Source: a virus
Lineage: Duplodnaviria; Caudoviricetes
IMG/VR virus record: IMGVR_UViG_3300021399_000099
Location: 152,911 to 216,910 of that record
Direction: 5' to 3' (one strand)
Length of the DNA stretch: 64,000 nt
The position numbers and the translations under genes are program-made. The notes beneath the pieces are model-generated. The model made no database searches and was not told the DNA's origin. It saw only the letters and a list, made by a program, of their open reading frames with translations. Each line of letters begins with the position of its first letter. Position 1 is the stretch's first letter. This document shows, one piece after another, positions 53,937 to 63,968 of the stretch.

Positions 53937-54647
53937 TTAAAAGAAATTAGCCGTCATTCCGGTAGCCAGAGCGACACTTCTCATCTTTTTGAACGAAGTA
54001 TTCTTAATTTGGCGTATCCTTTCCTTCGTCAATCCGTATTCCATACCGATTTCTTCCAAGGTTTTCGGTTTGTTTCCGTCAAGTCCGTAATATTTCGTGA
54101 TTATATTCCTTTCACGCTGGTTAAGGTATTCCATAAGCAGGTTTATCGCCTCCGTCTGCTCCATTTCCTTGTTCGTTTCAATGCCGTCGTTAAGGAAGTT
54201 ATCGTCGCCCATCTCGGTCTTGTAGTCGTCATCGTCGGTCGCCAGGGGCTTCTCGTAGTCGTTTGGAAGGTCTTCGCTGTCGGACGTGTTCCTTTTTTCC
54301 AGGGCTTCCAAAATCGTCTGTTTAATCCACCACACGGAATAGCTGATTATCTTGTACCCGCGTTCCCCGTCGAACTTATCCAATGCCTTCATCAGCCCTA
54401 TGTTCCCTTCCGCAATGAGGTCGGCATATGAAAGCCCGCGGCCCTGGTATTGTTTAGCGACACTGGCCACGAACTTAAGATTTGAGGAAATGAGCTTGTC
54501 CCGGGCCGCCATATCCCCGTCATACTTATATTTTCGCCAAAGTTCAAGCTCCTCGTCTTTTGAGAGGGACTTATAACTTGCAACTTCATTGAAATATGTT
54601 GTTACACTTTTATCGTGCTCAGTTCCAATTTTTTGTTTCTTTAACAT
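53937..54647 (-). CDS. Phage RNA polymerase sigma-70 family factor (RpoD/SigA-like, group 2/3 size)
   Basis: 'NLKFVASVAKQYQGRGL...DLIAEGNIGLMKALDKFD..RGYK..SY.VWWIKQ', 'TLEEIG..YGLTKERIRQI'. Confidence 0.95.
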   Translation of the reverse strand: MLKKQKIGTEHDKSVTTYFNEVASYKSLSKDEELELWRKYKYDGDMAARDKLISSNLKFVASVAKQYQGRGLSYADLIAEGNIGLMKALDKFDGERGYKIISYSVWWIKQTILEALEKRNTSDSEDLPNDYEKPLATDDDDYKTEMGDDNFLNDGIETNKEMEQTEAINLLMEYLNQRERNIITKYYGLDGNKPKTLEEIGMEYGLTKERIRQIKNTSFKKMRSVALATGMTANFF

Positions 54648-54673
54648 TACCCATAAAACTTGCTCTCTTATTC

Positions 54674-57058
54674 TTAATCCATTGAAATCGTCGAAATATT
54701 GTTCTTCTTCGTGACGTATATAACATTTCCGTCATACCAGTCGAGGTCAATATGACAGATATGGAGTACGAAGTCATATTCAAGTGCAATCTTGTCGTAG
54801 AGCCTCTTCATATCATCATAGTTCTCGGCGGCGACACTTCCAAGGATTTCATCAAGGACAAGGAACGGCGGTCTCGAAAGGTTTGACATATTGGCCAGAA
54901 CGACTCGTAGCGCCAGTGCAGCCTGGGTTCTTTCAAGCCCGGAACCACCCGCAAGTCTGGTCTTAACATCGTCGCGTACCAACCAGAAATCAATATCATT
55001 CTTCTCATTGACCTCGACCTCGACCTTGAAGTCAGTAACATCGCAAAGGAGGTCATCCAAAAGCTGGTTGATGAGCGGAATGGTATTACGGAGCACAATC
55101 TTTGATATGCCGTCCTTACCGACCATACTGAGATACAACCTCCAGGTCTTTTCGAGTTCGATTTCCTGCTCTATACGTTTAATATACGACTCTTTTTCCT
55201 TAATAGTTTCATTATTAGCGTCAATATCCTTCTTGGCGGCAACATTTTCATTTTCCAAGCCCCTTATGATATTGTCATAGGTTGTGATGTTTGTCTTTAA
55301 GACATTTACCTGGGTGTCTATTTCGTTGTTCCGTTGAATAGTGTCCTTGTTGTCCCGGAAATCATCAGCTATCTTCTTGAGCTTGTTATAGTCAGCGAGG
55401 AGCGTTGTTCTCTTGTTCTTAAGGGCCCCGATTTTAATCTCCTTCTGTGCCTTTGCCAGATATTTTTCCCTGGTGGCTTCGAGGGCATTCATAGCCGTTT
55501 CTACCTCGTCCTTCTGGGACTTAAGCTCCAGACCAACCTTAACTCCCTGGTTGTATTCTTCCTGCAACTTCGCAATAGCCACCGAATTATCCCTATTGGG
55601 CCATTTTTGACCACAAGTCGGGCAATATTCGTCCTTTTCGAGCGATACTGCCTTTTCTTTCTTGTTTTTAAGTTCGGCCCTGAGCGTTGCAAGTTTGCTG
55701 GTCAGGTCGTCCTTCTTGCTTGAAAGACTCTTGTACTCGTTGTCGGAGTATTCAACTTCACCGAAAGCCGCCACCTCTTTCTCAAGGACTGAAAGAGCTT
55801 CATTATTTTTCTTTCCGTCCTCGATTATAGCTTTTATCTTTGTTTCAATCGTCGTTACATCTACATTAAGTAGTTCATCATCGACTTTTTGCTTTGATGA
55901 AAGGAGGATATCCTTACTCTTGCTATCTTGTTCAAGGAGTGCCTTTGTGTTCTCGATTTTTTGCTTGTTGGCTTCGATTGTCTTTGCACTCTCCGCGTTT
56001 TCTTCCTTAAGGTCTTCGATTTCTGTTTTCAGGGTTTCCCGGTCATAGATATCGCATAAGCGTCCGGCACAAGACTTCGCCCACATATCTTTCGCCTTCT
56101 GCTCCTTTTCTTCAAGCGGAAGCAATCCTATCCACCTAGAGAGAATTCGTCCCCTGTCAGTATCCTTCATTGAGATAAGCTCGTCAAGGTCCTTTGCGTT
56201 AGCTGAAATAATCCTGTCAAAGTCCTCTTCGTTACCGATGGCTTCTTTAATTGCGTTGGAAGTCTTTGTTGTTGAGACGCCCTGCATATTATCTGCGTCC
56301 TTAAGCTCTTCAGAAGTCCCGTCTCCATTCATTCGGTAATATGTCACGCTGTTCCCGATTGTCTTGGTCTTTTTCTTCGGGTCAGGTTTGGTCAGGGTTC
56401 TCCTAATCACATAATTCTCCCCGTCAATGGTAATACCTATCTCCACAGACAATTCTCTCTCGTCCGGAAGATAGTTGTTGAACATCTCAGAGAACTTATC
56501 AGCTTTGCCGGAACGGGTCTTACCGAAAAGGGCAAAGTGAATCAGGTCATATGCGAAAGTTGATTTACCACTCTTGTTTGCCGGGTCTCCCTTAAGAAGA
56601 ACGAGACCGCTGAGTTTGGTGAAGTCGAAAAAGTTGTCCTTGCCATATGACAAAAAATTACTCCACTTCGCATATTTCAATACGAATCGCCGACTTTTCT
56701 CGTAAGCGTCATAGTTTATGCAGGCATTTACACGCGAGTCAATGTTAAGGATTTCTTCCCAGTTGTAGTCCTTTATCCCGTTCTGGGTAATGTACTTCTT
56801 AAAAAGCTCCTGCTGAAACTTCGGGTCCTTAATGTTGTTTATCATTTCAGCATTAAGTGCCGTATCCTCTCCTGAAACACCATTTGGATATATCTTCTTG
56901 GTTGAAAATCTTACTTTTGCCGGTGGAACACTATGCTTTTTCGCTATCTTGGCGATGATACTCTTTTCCTGTTCCTTCGTTATGCTCTGGGTTGGCAAGA
57001 TTGGCATCTCGTACCAATAGTTGTTTGTATTTTCTGGTGCTGCTTTTGCTTTCGCCAT
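54674..57058 (-). CDS. Rad50/SbcC (gp46-like) SMC ATPase
   Basis: 'NFLSYG', Walker A 'NKSGKST', Zn-hook 'CPTCGQ', signature 'SGLE', Walker B 'LVLDE'. Confidence 0.95.
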   Translation of the reverse strand: MAKAKAAPENTNNYWYEMPILPTQSITKEQEKSIIAKIAKKHSVPPAKVRFSTKKIYPNGVSGEDTALNAEMINNIKDPKFQQELFKKYITQNGIKDYNWEEILNIDSRVNACINYDAYEKSRRFVLKYAKWSNFLSYGKDNFFDFTKLSGLVLLKGDPANKSGKSTFAYDLIHFALFGKTRSGKADKFSEMFNNYLPDERELSVEIGITIDGENYVIRRTLTKPDPKKKTKTIGNSVTYYRMNGDGTSEELKDADNMQGVSTTKTSNAIKEAIGNEEDFDRIISANAKDLDELISMKDTDRGRILSRWIGLLPLEEKEQKAKDMWAKSCAGRLCDIYDRETLKTEIEDLKEENAESAKTIEANKQKIENTKALLEQDSKSKDILLSSKQKVDDELLNVDVTTIETKIKAIIEDGKKNNEALSVLEKEVAAFGEVEYSDNEYKSLSSKKDDLTSKLATLRAELKNKKEKAVSLEKDEYCPTCGQKWPNRDNSVAIAKLQEEYNQGVKVGLELKSQKDEVETAMNALEATREKYLAKAQKEIKIGALKNKRTTLLADYNKLKKIADDFRDNKDTIQRNNEIDTQVNVLKTNITTYDNIIRGLENENVAAKKDIDANNETIKEKESYIKRIEQEIELEKTWRLYLSMVGKDGISKIVLRNTIPLINQLLDDLLCDVTDFKVEVEVNEKNDIDFWLVRDDVKTRLAGGSGLERTQAALALRVVLANMSNLSRPPFLVLDEILGSVAAENYDDMKRLYDKIALEYDFVLHICHIDLDWYDGNVIYVTKKNNISTISMD

Positions 57059-57453
57059 TATTTAAGTCTTCTTTTATTTATTTTTCTGATTACTTTTTCA
57101 GGTACCCCGGCATTTTCCAAAAATTCCTTGTCCAGGGCTTTTTTCCTTTCTATTATCTCTTCTGGAATTGGAGGTGCCTCTATGGGTTTTACTTCTTCTT
57201 CCTTAGCATCCTCTGTCTCATCATCCGTTATCGGGGCCGGTTGCTGCATATATTCTTTTTCAAACTGCTCGACCGGAAACTCTTTCACTATTTTCCTCTT
57301 ATAATCTGCAAAAGGAACATCCCCATACATTTCTATCATAAGTCCGTCAAAAATGAGCTTATCAGCATATTGCCCGATTTTCAAGTCATTAAGAGAACAA
57401 TATTCCTTGAGTTTTTCGTAAGTCCTGTCCGTTATTTCTATTTTATGCGGCAT
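57058..57453 (-). CDS. Hypothetical protein with RHH-like N-terminus
   Basis: 'IEITDRTYEKLKEYCSLN.LKI..YADKLI'. Confidence 0.6.
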   Translation of the reverse strand: MPHKIEITDRTYEKLKEYCSLNDLKIGQYADKLIFDGLMIEMYGDVPFADYKRKIVKEFPVEQFEKEYMQQPAPITDDETEDAKEEEVKPIEAPPIPEEIIERKKALDKEFLENAGVPEKVIRKINKRRLK

Positions 57454-57543
57454 ACTTTCAAATATAAACTATACAACACTATAATACAAAAAAATATTGA
57501 TTTCTACCAAAGAAATGATTATTTTTTATTAAAAGAATGTAGA

Positions 57544-58353
57544 ATGGAAGAAAATAATATATATCCAAGAGTAATACTTGGGCTTGATATCAGTACAGCC
57601 TGCATCGGTGCCTGTCTCGTTGTTGATGACGGGAAAAGCGACCTGCCAAAGATTGAAATACTTACGCATAAGACCCCCAAGGTACCTAAAAAGATTAAAG
57701 GTATCGAGGCACTGTTTATCCGCAAGCAGATTTTTGAGGACGAATTCATTAAGACCCTCACCGGCTATGGCATTACAGATGTTGTCATTGAGGAACCGCT
57801 TTTATCATCAAACAACGTGAATACCGTTGCCACACTGCTTCGCTTCAACGGAATGATTGCCGAGTCAGTATATCGTAATCTCGGTGTGGTACCTAACTTT
57901 ATTTCATCATACGACGCCAGAACCTATTCGTTCCCGGAACTTGTCGCTTTGAGGAAGTTCAACAAGAAGGGTGAGGAATATTCGCTTTCACATATTAAAA
58001 AGGCAATTAAAGATAATCACCCGGTACTTTTCGGTGCTTATCCCTTTGATATTGACAAAAAGAACGTGATGATGAATATGGTCAATGAAGTTTATCCGGA
58101 CATTCCTTGGATTTTGGATAAGAACGGGGAACTTAAAAAGGAAAACTTTGACGCCTGCGATTCACTCATCTGTGCCCTTGCCTATGTGAATATTAACCAT
58201 CACGGTCTGGCACCGATTGACATAACGAGTTCAAACATCGATACGGAAAGTGACCCGGACAATATAATAATCGAATATACTACAAGTGTCTGGGATAGAG
58301 AATACAAGAAAAAGGTTCTATTAAACAGAAATCAAGAAGGGTCGGGTGAATAG
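57544..58353 (+). CDS. RuvC-like Holliday junction resolvase (start MEENNIY)
   Basis: 'ILGLDIST..IG', 'VVIEEPL', 'FDACDS'. Confidence 0.8.
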   Translation: MEENNIYPRVILGLDISTACIGACLVVDDGKSDLPKIEILTHKTPKVPKKIKGIEALFIRKQIFEDEFIKTLTGYGITDVVIEEPLLSSNNVNTVATLLRFNGMIAESVYRNLGVVPNFISSYDARTYSFPELVALRKFNKKGEEYSLSHIKKAIKDNHPVLFGAYPFDIDKKNVMMNMVNEVYPDIPWILDKNGELKKENFDACDSLICALAYVNINHHGLAPIDITSSNIDTESDPDNIIIEYTTSVWDREYKKKVLLNRNQEGSGE

Positions 58354-58397
58354 CTTGACCCTTTGTTTTTTAACTTAATTTTTTGTATTTTCAACAT

Positions 58398-59867
58398 ATG
58401 GGAAAAAAGAAAAAAGACGGAAAGATATTCACGCCGAAGGAAACTGCGGACAGAATGCTGCACGATATTCTCGGGTGGGATAACTTGAAATATGAAAATG
58501 GTCGTGTCTATTGGCCAAATGTAAGGAAACATATAATAGACAACTCTTGCGGCGACGGGGCGTTCCTGGCACTTATCGTAGATTTTTATATCCACAACGT
58601 AAGTGTAACAACCAGAAGAAACAACCAGGAGATTAAGAGACTCCTGGAAACCTATATTCATGGGATTGAGCTTGACCCCGTTGAATACCAGAAATGTATC
58701 GATAGACTTGACCGGGTTGCGGCTCGTGATGGAATTAAAGACGTAAAATGGGATATACAGAACCGGGACGCTCTTTCCTGCCACGATTATGACGGAAAGA
58801 TGGACTTCGTCGTTGCCAATCCGCCGTACATTAGAACCCACGACCTTGATTGTGACCTTTCCGGCTATTCTTTCACGACGGAAGGGATGAAGGATATCTA
58901 TCTCGCTTTCTATGAGCTCGGATTCCGTATGCTTAATGAAACCGGCAAGATGTGTTATATTACGCCGTCCTCCTGGTTCTCTTCCACGGCTGGTCAGAAA
59001 ATGAGAAACTATATCATTGAAAATCAGAACCTTACATATGTTGAGGATTATAGGCACTACCAGCTCTTTGAAAACGCCACCACATATGTCGCAATCACTC
59101 TGTTCAATAAGGTGAAGAACGACAAGGTGGAATACGTGACAATGGAACGGACGAATGACGATGACGGGTTCTGGGAGGGAAAGATAGACGTACCCTATGA
59201 AGATATGTGCATCGGGGGTAAGTTCTATTTCAGCTGCAAGACGATGCTTGACAAGTTGCGGGAGATAACGGAGTACGGAAAGAGTCTGAAAAAGGAGGAC
59301 AAGGCGTTTGAGGTAAAAAATGGCTTCGCTACCCTGGCTGACGACGTATTCATTTCAAAAACCCCGATGGTCTCACGAGTTTATCACGCGGCAAACCCCT
59401 GGAACATCATACCGGTAATCAAGTCATCAACAGGCAAACAGGAATGGTGCTATTACCCGTATGACAAGAATGGGAAACTGATGGAGGAGAAATATGTCGA
59501 CGAGGTTATACTTGAAACTCTTCGGAAAAGTAAGGATAAACTTGAAACAAGGGCTACAACCGAACCCTGGTATGCTTTTGGGAGGACGCAGGCAATCAAT
59601 GACACCTTTAAGGATAAGTGGGCGATAAAATCCATTATAAAGGCAACAAAGGATACAAAGCCCGTAATGGCGCCCGCAGGAACCGGTGTGTATGGCGGTC
59701 TATATATCCTTACCGAACACCCAGAAGGTCTTGATGTGCTTGAAACCCAGGACTTTATAAACTACATAATGATGCTTGGTAAATATAAATCTGGCGGGTA
59801 CTACACTTTCTCGTCAAAAGAACTTGAAAACTATTTGAACTGGAGTTATGGAAAGAAGAAAGATTAA
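58398..59867 (+). CDS. N6-adenine DNA methyltransferase (Eco57I/TaqI-like gamma class)
   Basis: 'IFTP', 'IDNSCGDGAF', 'VANPPY', 'YITPSSW'. Confidence 0.9.
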   Translation: MGKKKKDGKIFTPKETADRMLHDILGWDNLKYENGRVYWPNVRKHIIDNSCGDGAFLALIVDFYIHNVSVTTRRNNQEIKRLLETYIHGIELDPVEYQKCIDRLDRVAARDGIKDVKWDIQNRDALSCHDYDGKMDFVVANPPYIRTHDLDCDLSGYSFTTEGMKDIYLAFYELGFRMLNETGKMCYITPSSWFSSTAGQKMRNYIIENQNLTYVEDYRHYQLFENATTYVAITLFNKVKNDKVEYVTMERTNDDDGFWEGKIDVPYEDMCIGGKFYFSCKTMLDKLREITEYGKSLKKEDKAFEVKNGFATLADDVFISKTPMVSRVYHAANPWNIIPVIKSSTGKQEWCYYPYDKNGKLMEEKYVDEVILETLRKSKDKLETRATTEPWYAFGRTQAINDTFKDKWAIKSIIKATKDTKPVMAPAGTGVYGGLYILTEHPEGLDVLETQDFINYIMMLGKYKSGGYYTFSSKELENYLNWSYGKKKD

Positions 59868-60324
59868 TGTTTATGTTTTGATTGGACTTCCTGGTGCCGG
59901 AAAAGACACCTGGATTATGAATAACCTACCTGATGCACATAAAGTGGTCTGTAGGGACGATATACGGGCTGAAATGGGTCTATGTAACGCCGGCGAAAAG
60001 ATTGTCGCATCACCCCAACAGGAAAACCTTGTTACAACGCTCTTCAATACAAAGCTGAAGGAATACGCAAGGGCTGGGGAAGATATTGCAATCAACAACA
60101 CGAACCTCAGGCGTAGATATAGGAACGAATATAAGAAGACCCTGTCCGGCTTTGATGTCAATTGGATTTATGTCATCGTTGAAGCACCCGACCTGGACAC
60201 AAACAAGGAAAGAAGAAAGGGGCAGATACCACCGGAAGTCCTTGACCGCCTTGCACAAAGTTACGAGCCACCCACACCAGACGAATATGATGAAATAATT
60301 TACGCAAAACAAGAAAAAATATGA
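59848..60324 (+). CDS. P-loop kinase (AAA_33, polynucleotide-kinase-like)
   Basis: 'LIGLPGAGKDT', 'RDDIR', 'NTNL.R.YR'. Confidence 0.85.
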   Translation: MERRKINVYVLIGLPGAGKDTWIMNNLPDAHKVVCRDDIRAEMGLCNAGEKIVASPQQENLVTTLFNTKLKEYARAGEDIAINNTNLRRRYRNEYKKTLSGFDVNWIYVIVEAPDLDTNKERRKGQIPPEVLDRLAQSYEPPTPDEYDEIIYAKQEKI

Positions 60325-60767
60325 AACTAGAAATCAATGTAGATGAGACAATGTTCAAGGATGTGTTGGAGAAAGAGCTCAACGCATTCAGCCAGGAGGA
60401 ATTACATGAAATCCTAAAGGGTTGCATTATTGAATTTTTTAATAAAAACGACAACATTAAAAAGATGTTCCTGGAAGAGAAGACAAACTACTGGGGGAAT
60501 TCTATTGAATATGAACCCACTGGTCTTTTAAAGGATATCGTCAAGAATAAATTTGATTACACCGAACCTTATGAGGAAGTAAAGGAGAAAATCCTCGAAT
60601 TCTGTAAGAAAGAGGATGTTATGAAATCAATATTAAAGGAAATGATAGCTGATTCTTTCACGAACATGTTAAATGGTTACATCTTCTATAACAATGACAT
60701 CCGGAATAATATTGCCAACGTCGTAAGAGAGGTTATACGCGACGAAAAAAATGAAGGAAGACTTTAA
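60321..60767 (+). CDS. Hypothetical protein
   Basis: 148 aa ORF. Confidence 0.6.
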   Translation: MKLEINVDETMFKDVLEKELNAFSQEELHEILKGCIIEFFNKNDNIKKMFLEEKTNYWGNSIEYEPTGLLKDIVKNKFDYTEPYEEVKEKILEFCKKEDVMKSILKEMIADSFTNMLNGYIFYNNDIRNNIANVVREVIRDEKNEGRL

Positions 60768-60802
60768 ATGAAAAGCCCCGCATAAAGCGAGGCTTTTTTG
60801 TT

Positions 60803-61957
60803 TTAATTCATATACGTCTTGTTGTCCTTATCACACAGACTATAAAGGTATTTTCCGTACTCGTTCTTAATCATTCCGTTTGCGGTCTCAAGTAATTGAA
60901 ACTTGTCAATCCACGCATTGTTGTAGGCGATTTCCTCAAGACAGGCAATCTGCTGTCCGGTACGTTTTTCGATGGTCTCTACATAATTTGATGCCTCTGA
61001 AAGGCTGTCAAATGTACCGGTGTCAAGCCAAGCGAACCCGAGACCAAGATTTTCAACCCTTAATTTTCCCATTTCAAGATAAGCCTGATTAACCGAAGTA
61101 ATTTCAAGTTCCCCTCTTGCCGAAGGTTTTACATTCCTTGCCACTTCAACAACACCAGCCGGATAGAAGTACAGCCCAGTTACGCAGAGATTAGACTTCG
61201 GCTTCTTCGGTTTTTCTTCAATGGATATGACTTTCCCATCTATATCAACTTCCGCAATACCATATCTCTGTGGGTCTTTAACGGCGGTGCAGAATATGCT
61301 TGCCCTTCCACCGTCCTTATCTTCTAAAATTGTGTTTTCATTGGCATAACCCCTTGAGTTCCACATTGCACGGTTAAGTTTCTCCGTAAATCCTGGCCCA
61401 TGAAAGATATTGTCGCCAAGAATGAGGGCACAAGGTTCGTCATTTGAAAGGAATCCGCAGTCATTGGCGATTATAAATGCTTGGGCCAAACCATCCGGAG
61501 AAGGCTGGACGGCATAAGACAGGTTAATGCCAAAAGAACTTCCATCGCCCAGAAGTGTCTTAAAGGCATTCTGGTCCTGTGGCGTTGTTATGATAAGAAT
61601 ATCCCTTATTCCGGCCAACATAAGCGTTGATACCGGGAAATATATCATTGGTTTGTCATAAATCGGGAGGAGTTGCTTACTGGTTCCCTTCGTAATGGGC
61701 CAAAGCCTGCTTCCGCTTCCGCCTGCTAAAATTATACCTTTCATTCGTCCTTTTCCCTTGTATTTTTTCAGATAATTATAGTTTTCTTGCCTTTCAGGCT
61801 GTCCAGCTAGAATATTCCGGGCCTTTTCCTCACTTACAAACTCGAAGTGCTTGCAAATTCCATGCTCGTCAAGTTTAACATCATCAAGGCATTCACAGCC
61901 ACCGTCACGCCAACCGCCATAGCCATTATTCCTTTTACAAAATAAACATTCTGCCAT
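60803..61957 (-). CDS. rfbA: Glucose-1-phosphate thymidylyltransferase (core starts at 61744; in-frame Cys-rich N-terminal extension)
   Basis: '[31 protein letters not shown]', 'LGDNIF', 'SARGELEIT', 'WLDTGT'. Confidence 0.95.
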   Translation of the reverse strand: MAECLFCKRNNGYGGWRDGGCECLDDVKLDEHGICKHFEFVSEEKARNILAGQPERQENYNYLKKYKGKGRMKGIILAGGSGSRLWPITKGTSKQLLPIYDKPMIYFPVSTLMLAGIRDILIITTPQDQNAFKTLLGDGSSFGINLSYAVQPSPDGLAQAFIIANDCGFLSNDEPCALILGDNIFHGPGFTEKLNRAMWNSRGYANENTILEDKDGGRASIFCTAVKDPQRYGIAEVDIDGKVISIEEKPKKPKSNLCVTGLYFYPAGVVEVARNVKPSARGELEITSVNQAYLEMGKLRVENLGLGFAWLDTGTFDSLSEASNYVETIEKRTGQQIACLEEIAYNNAWIDKFQLLETANGMIKNEYGKYLYSLCDKDNKTYMN

Positions 61958-62040
61958 ATCGTTTCGTTTCTTACAATATAGTCCGTAAAAAACTAAAAGT
62001 CAAAACAAACTATTTATCTATTACTATAAACACAAATATT

Positions 62041-62280
62041 ATGAACGTAAAAGAAGAAATTATCAACTTATTGTGTGAGAAACTAGGTTTTGAACCAATA
62101 GAAATTACTGAGGATAAGGACATTGTCAATGACCTTGGTGCTGATTCGCTTGATATGGTCGAAGTTGTTATGGGAATTGAGGAGAAATACGGAATTAAGA
62201 TTGATGACAGAGAAATTGATGGTATTAAAACCGTCGGAGACTTGATTGAAAGGGCTGAAGAATTGGTCAAAAATATGTGA
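62041..62280 (+). CDS. acpP: Acyl carrier protein
   Basis: 'DLGADSLDMVEVVM.IEE..I.I.D...IKTVGD'. Confidence 0.95.
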   Translation: MNVKEEIINLLCEKLGFEPIEITEDKDIVNDLGADSLDMVEVVMGIEEKYGIKIDDREIDGIKTVGDLIERAEELVKNM

Positions 62281-62323
62281 TTTTCTGGTTATTAAAAGAT
62301 ATTTATAATAAAATTAGTGGCTT

Positions 62324-62785
62324 ATGGCAAAGATTAGATTAACTGAAAATTATCTCAAACAAGTTATATTAGAAAACATAAAGAAGGTACTTAACGAAGA
62401 AGAGATTGAAAGTGAGGCTTCTAACGGCAAAATCGTGGACCTCATCTCTTTCCTTCATAACGCACAGCTTCCAGTAAGGGAAATTCATTGGAACACAAGG
62501 AACAACGCGCTTCACCTCCTTACAGATGAGGCTATTGACGAGCTTCTTGACTGGGAAGACCGCCTCGCTGAAACATATCTTGGCGGAAATGGCGGCGAAC
62601 TTAAAATTAACGATACAAAACCTTCATCCGAGGAGTTTAAGGGTATTATGGAAGAGCTCTCAGACCTGGCAACCGAGGTAAAGGAAAGTTTCGGCGACGA
62701 TAAAAAATACGAAAACATAAATGCCGTACTTGACGAAATTCTTGAAGCCACTAAGAAAAACGCCTATAGAGCAGATTTTAAATAA
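62324..62785 (+). CDS. Ferritin/Dps-like four-helix protein fused to the I.L.E motif
   Basis: 'EIHWNT..ALHLLTDE...DRLAE...NAVLDEI'. Confidence 0.6.
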   Translation: MAKIRLTENYLKQVILENIKKVLNEEEIESEASNGKIVDLISFLHNAQLPVREIHWNTRNNALHLLTDEAIDELLDWEDRLAETYLGGNGGELKINDTKPSSEEFKGIMEELSDLATEVKESFGDDKKYENINAVLDEILEATKKNAYRADFK

Positions 62786-62812
62786 TAATCGCCAATTGTC
62801 AAAAAGAAGAAA

Positions 62813-63592
62813 ATGAGTAAAATAAAAATAACTGAAAACGAATTGAAACAAATCATTTCTGAAAGTGTTAAAAGCATGATTAACGAATACAAGTGGGATA
62901 AGTATGGCACACCTTGGAACATGCTCTCCGACACCGAAAAGAAAAATTACGCATATTATTATGCTAATAAATATAGAGCATGGAAAACTGACGGAAAAGG
63001 GCGTTATATATACCAAAATGGAAAAGCTGTACCGGACTACAATAAACTAGAACAGATTTACAATCAAGAACAAGAAAAATACCAGCACAAGGGAAACAGG
63101 GGACAATATAGCCAAGGACATATAGAAAACCTGAACCAACAAAAAAATCAGTTGAATGTACAACTTAAACAAGTTCAGAATCTAAATGATGGTTATAAAA
63201 ATGCAATTCAACAAATCGCACAGGCTTTAAAAGTTCAACTTGCGGAAGCTGTTGGAAGTACGCCGGCAATTGACTCCTCTTTGGCTGGTACCGGAGCTGT
63301 CGCATCCCCAACGCCAGAACAAAACGCAGAAATGCTGGTGAAGAGTGCCGTGCCTCAACTTCCTCAGATTTTAAAGGCTATTCAAACATTGAAAGGCCGT
63401 GTGGCGCAATTAACTAAAGCAAATCAAACCCTTAACGACCAAAATAAATCACTCACACAAAGAGTGCAAAATGGTCAAAACCAAAAGATTGCTTCACCTA
63501 TTGCTGCACCAAAAGCCACAGTACAAGCACCAACGCAACAAGCTACATTAGCAAGACCAAAGGCGGCTGCACCAGGAAATACACAGGCATAA
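62813..63592 (+). CDS. Coiled-coil protein with I.I.E.EL N-terminal motif
   Basis: MSKIKITENELKQIISESVKSMINE. Confidence 0.7.
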   Translation: MSKIKITENELKQIISESVKSMINEYKWDKYGTPWNMLSDTEKKNYAYYYANKYRAWKTDGKGRYIYQNGKAVPDYNKLEQIYNQEQEKYQHKGNRGQYSQGHIENLNQQKNQLNVQLKQVQNLNDGYKNAIQQIAQALKVQLAEAVGSTPAIDSSLAGTGAVASPTPEQNAEMLVKSAVPQLPQILKAIQTLKGRVAQLTKANQTLNDQNKSLTQRVQNGQNQKIASPIAAPKATVQAPTQQATLARPKAAAPGNTQA

Positions 63593-63629
63593 AAAATAAA
63601 AAGGAGGACCAAATCCTCCTTTTTTTGTA

Positions 63630-63968
63630 TCATATTCCCAGCCATTCCCTTGCGTCCATAAGCCGATAGGTCTGCTTCAAGAGCCTCCTCTTTACAACAT
63701 CTTCGATTGCAAGAGAATCGTCCCCATTACGAAGCCTATTTACGACATATAGTGCATCACCAAATCCGGGCTCCCTACGGTGTGCGGCATAAAAATCCTT
63801 TGCCGAAACAGAGGTATCCGCAAGGTAAAGGTCGATGAACTTCTGGGCCCGTTCAACCTCTTCACGGAACTTAACCTGCACAATCTTTATGAGGCCGGTT
63901 ATCCTTTCACGGACCTCCTCATCTTCAATCAGGGAAAGCAAGTCGTCAATGGTTTCGTTTAAAATCAT
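63630..63968 (-). CDS. Hypothetical protein, probably the 3' part of a gene running off the window
   Basis: Frame remains open to the window edge. Confidence 0.5.
   Translation of the reverse strand: MILNETIDDLLSLIEDEEVRERITGLIKIVQVKFREEVERAQKFIDLYLADTSVSAKDFYAAHRREPGFGDALYVVNRLRNGDDSLAIEDVVKRRLLKQTYRLMDAREWLGI

Noticed and set aside
56992-57543. N-terminal 184 codons of the 453 aa ORF
   Set aside because: Antisense to real minus-strand genes; the RuvC-like protein starts at 57544.
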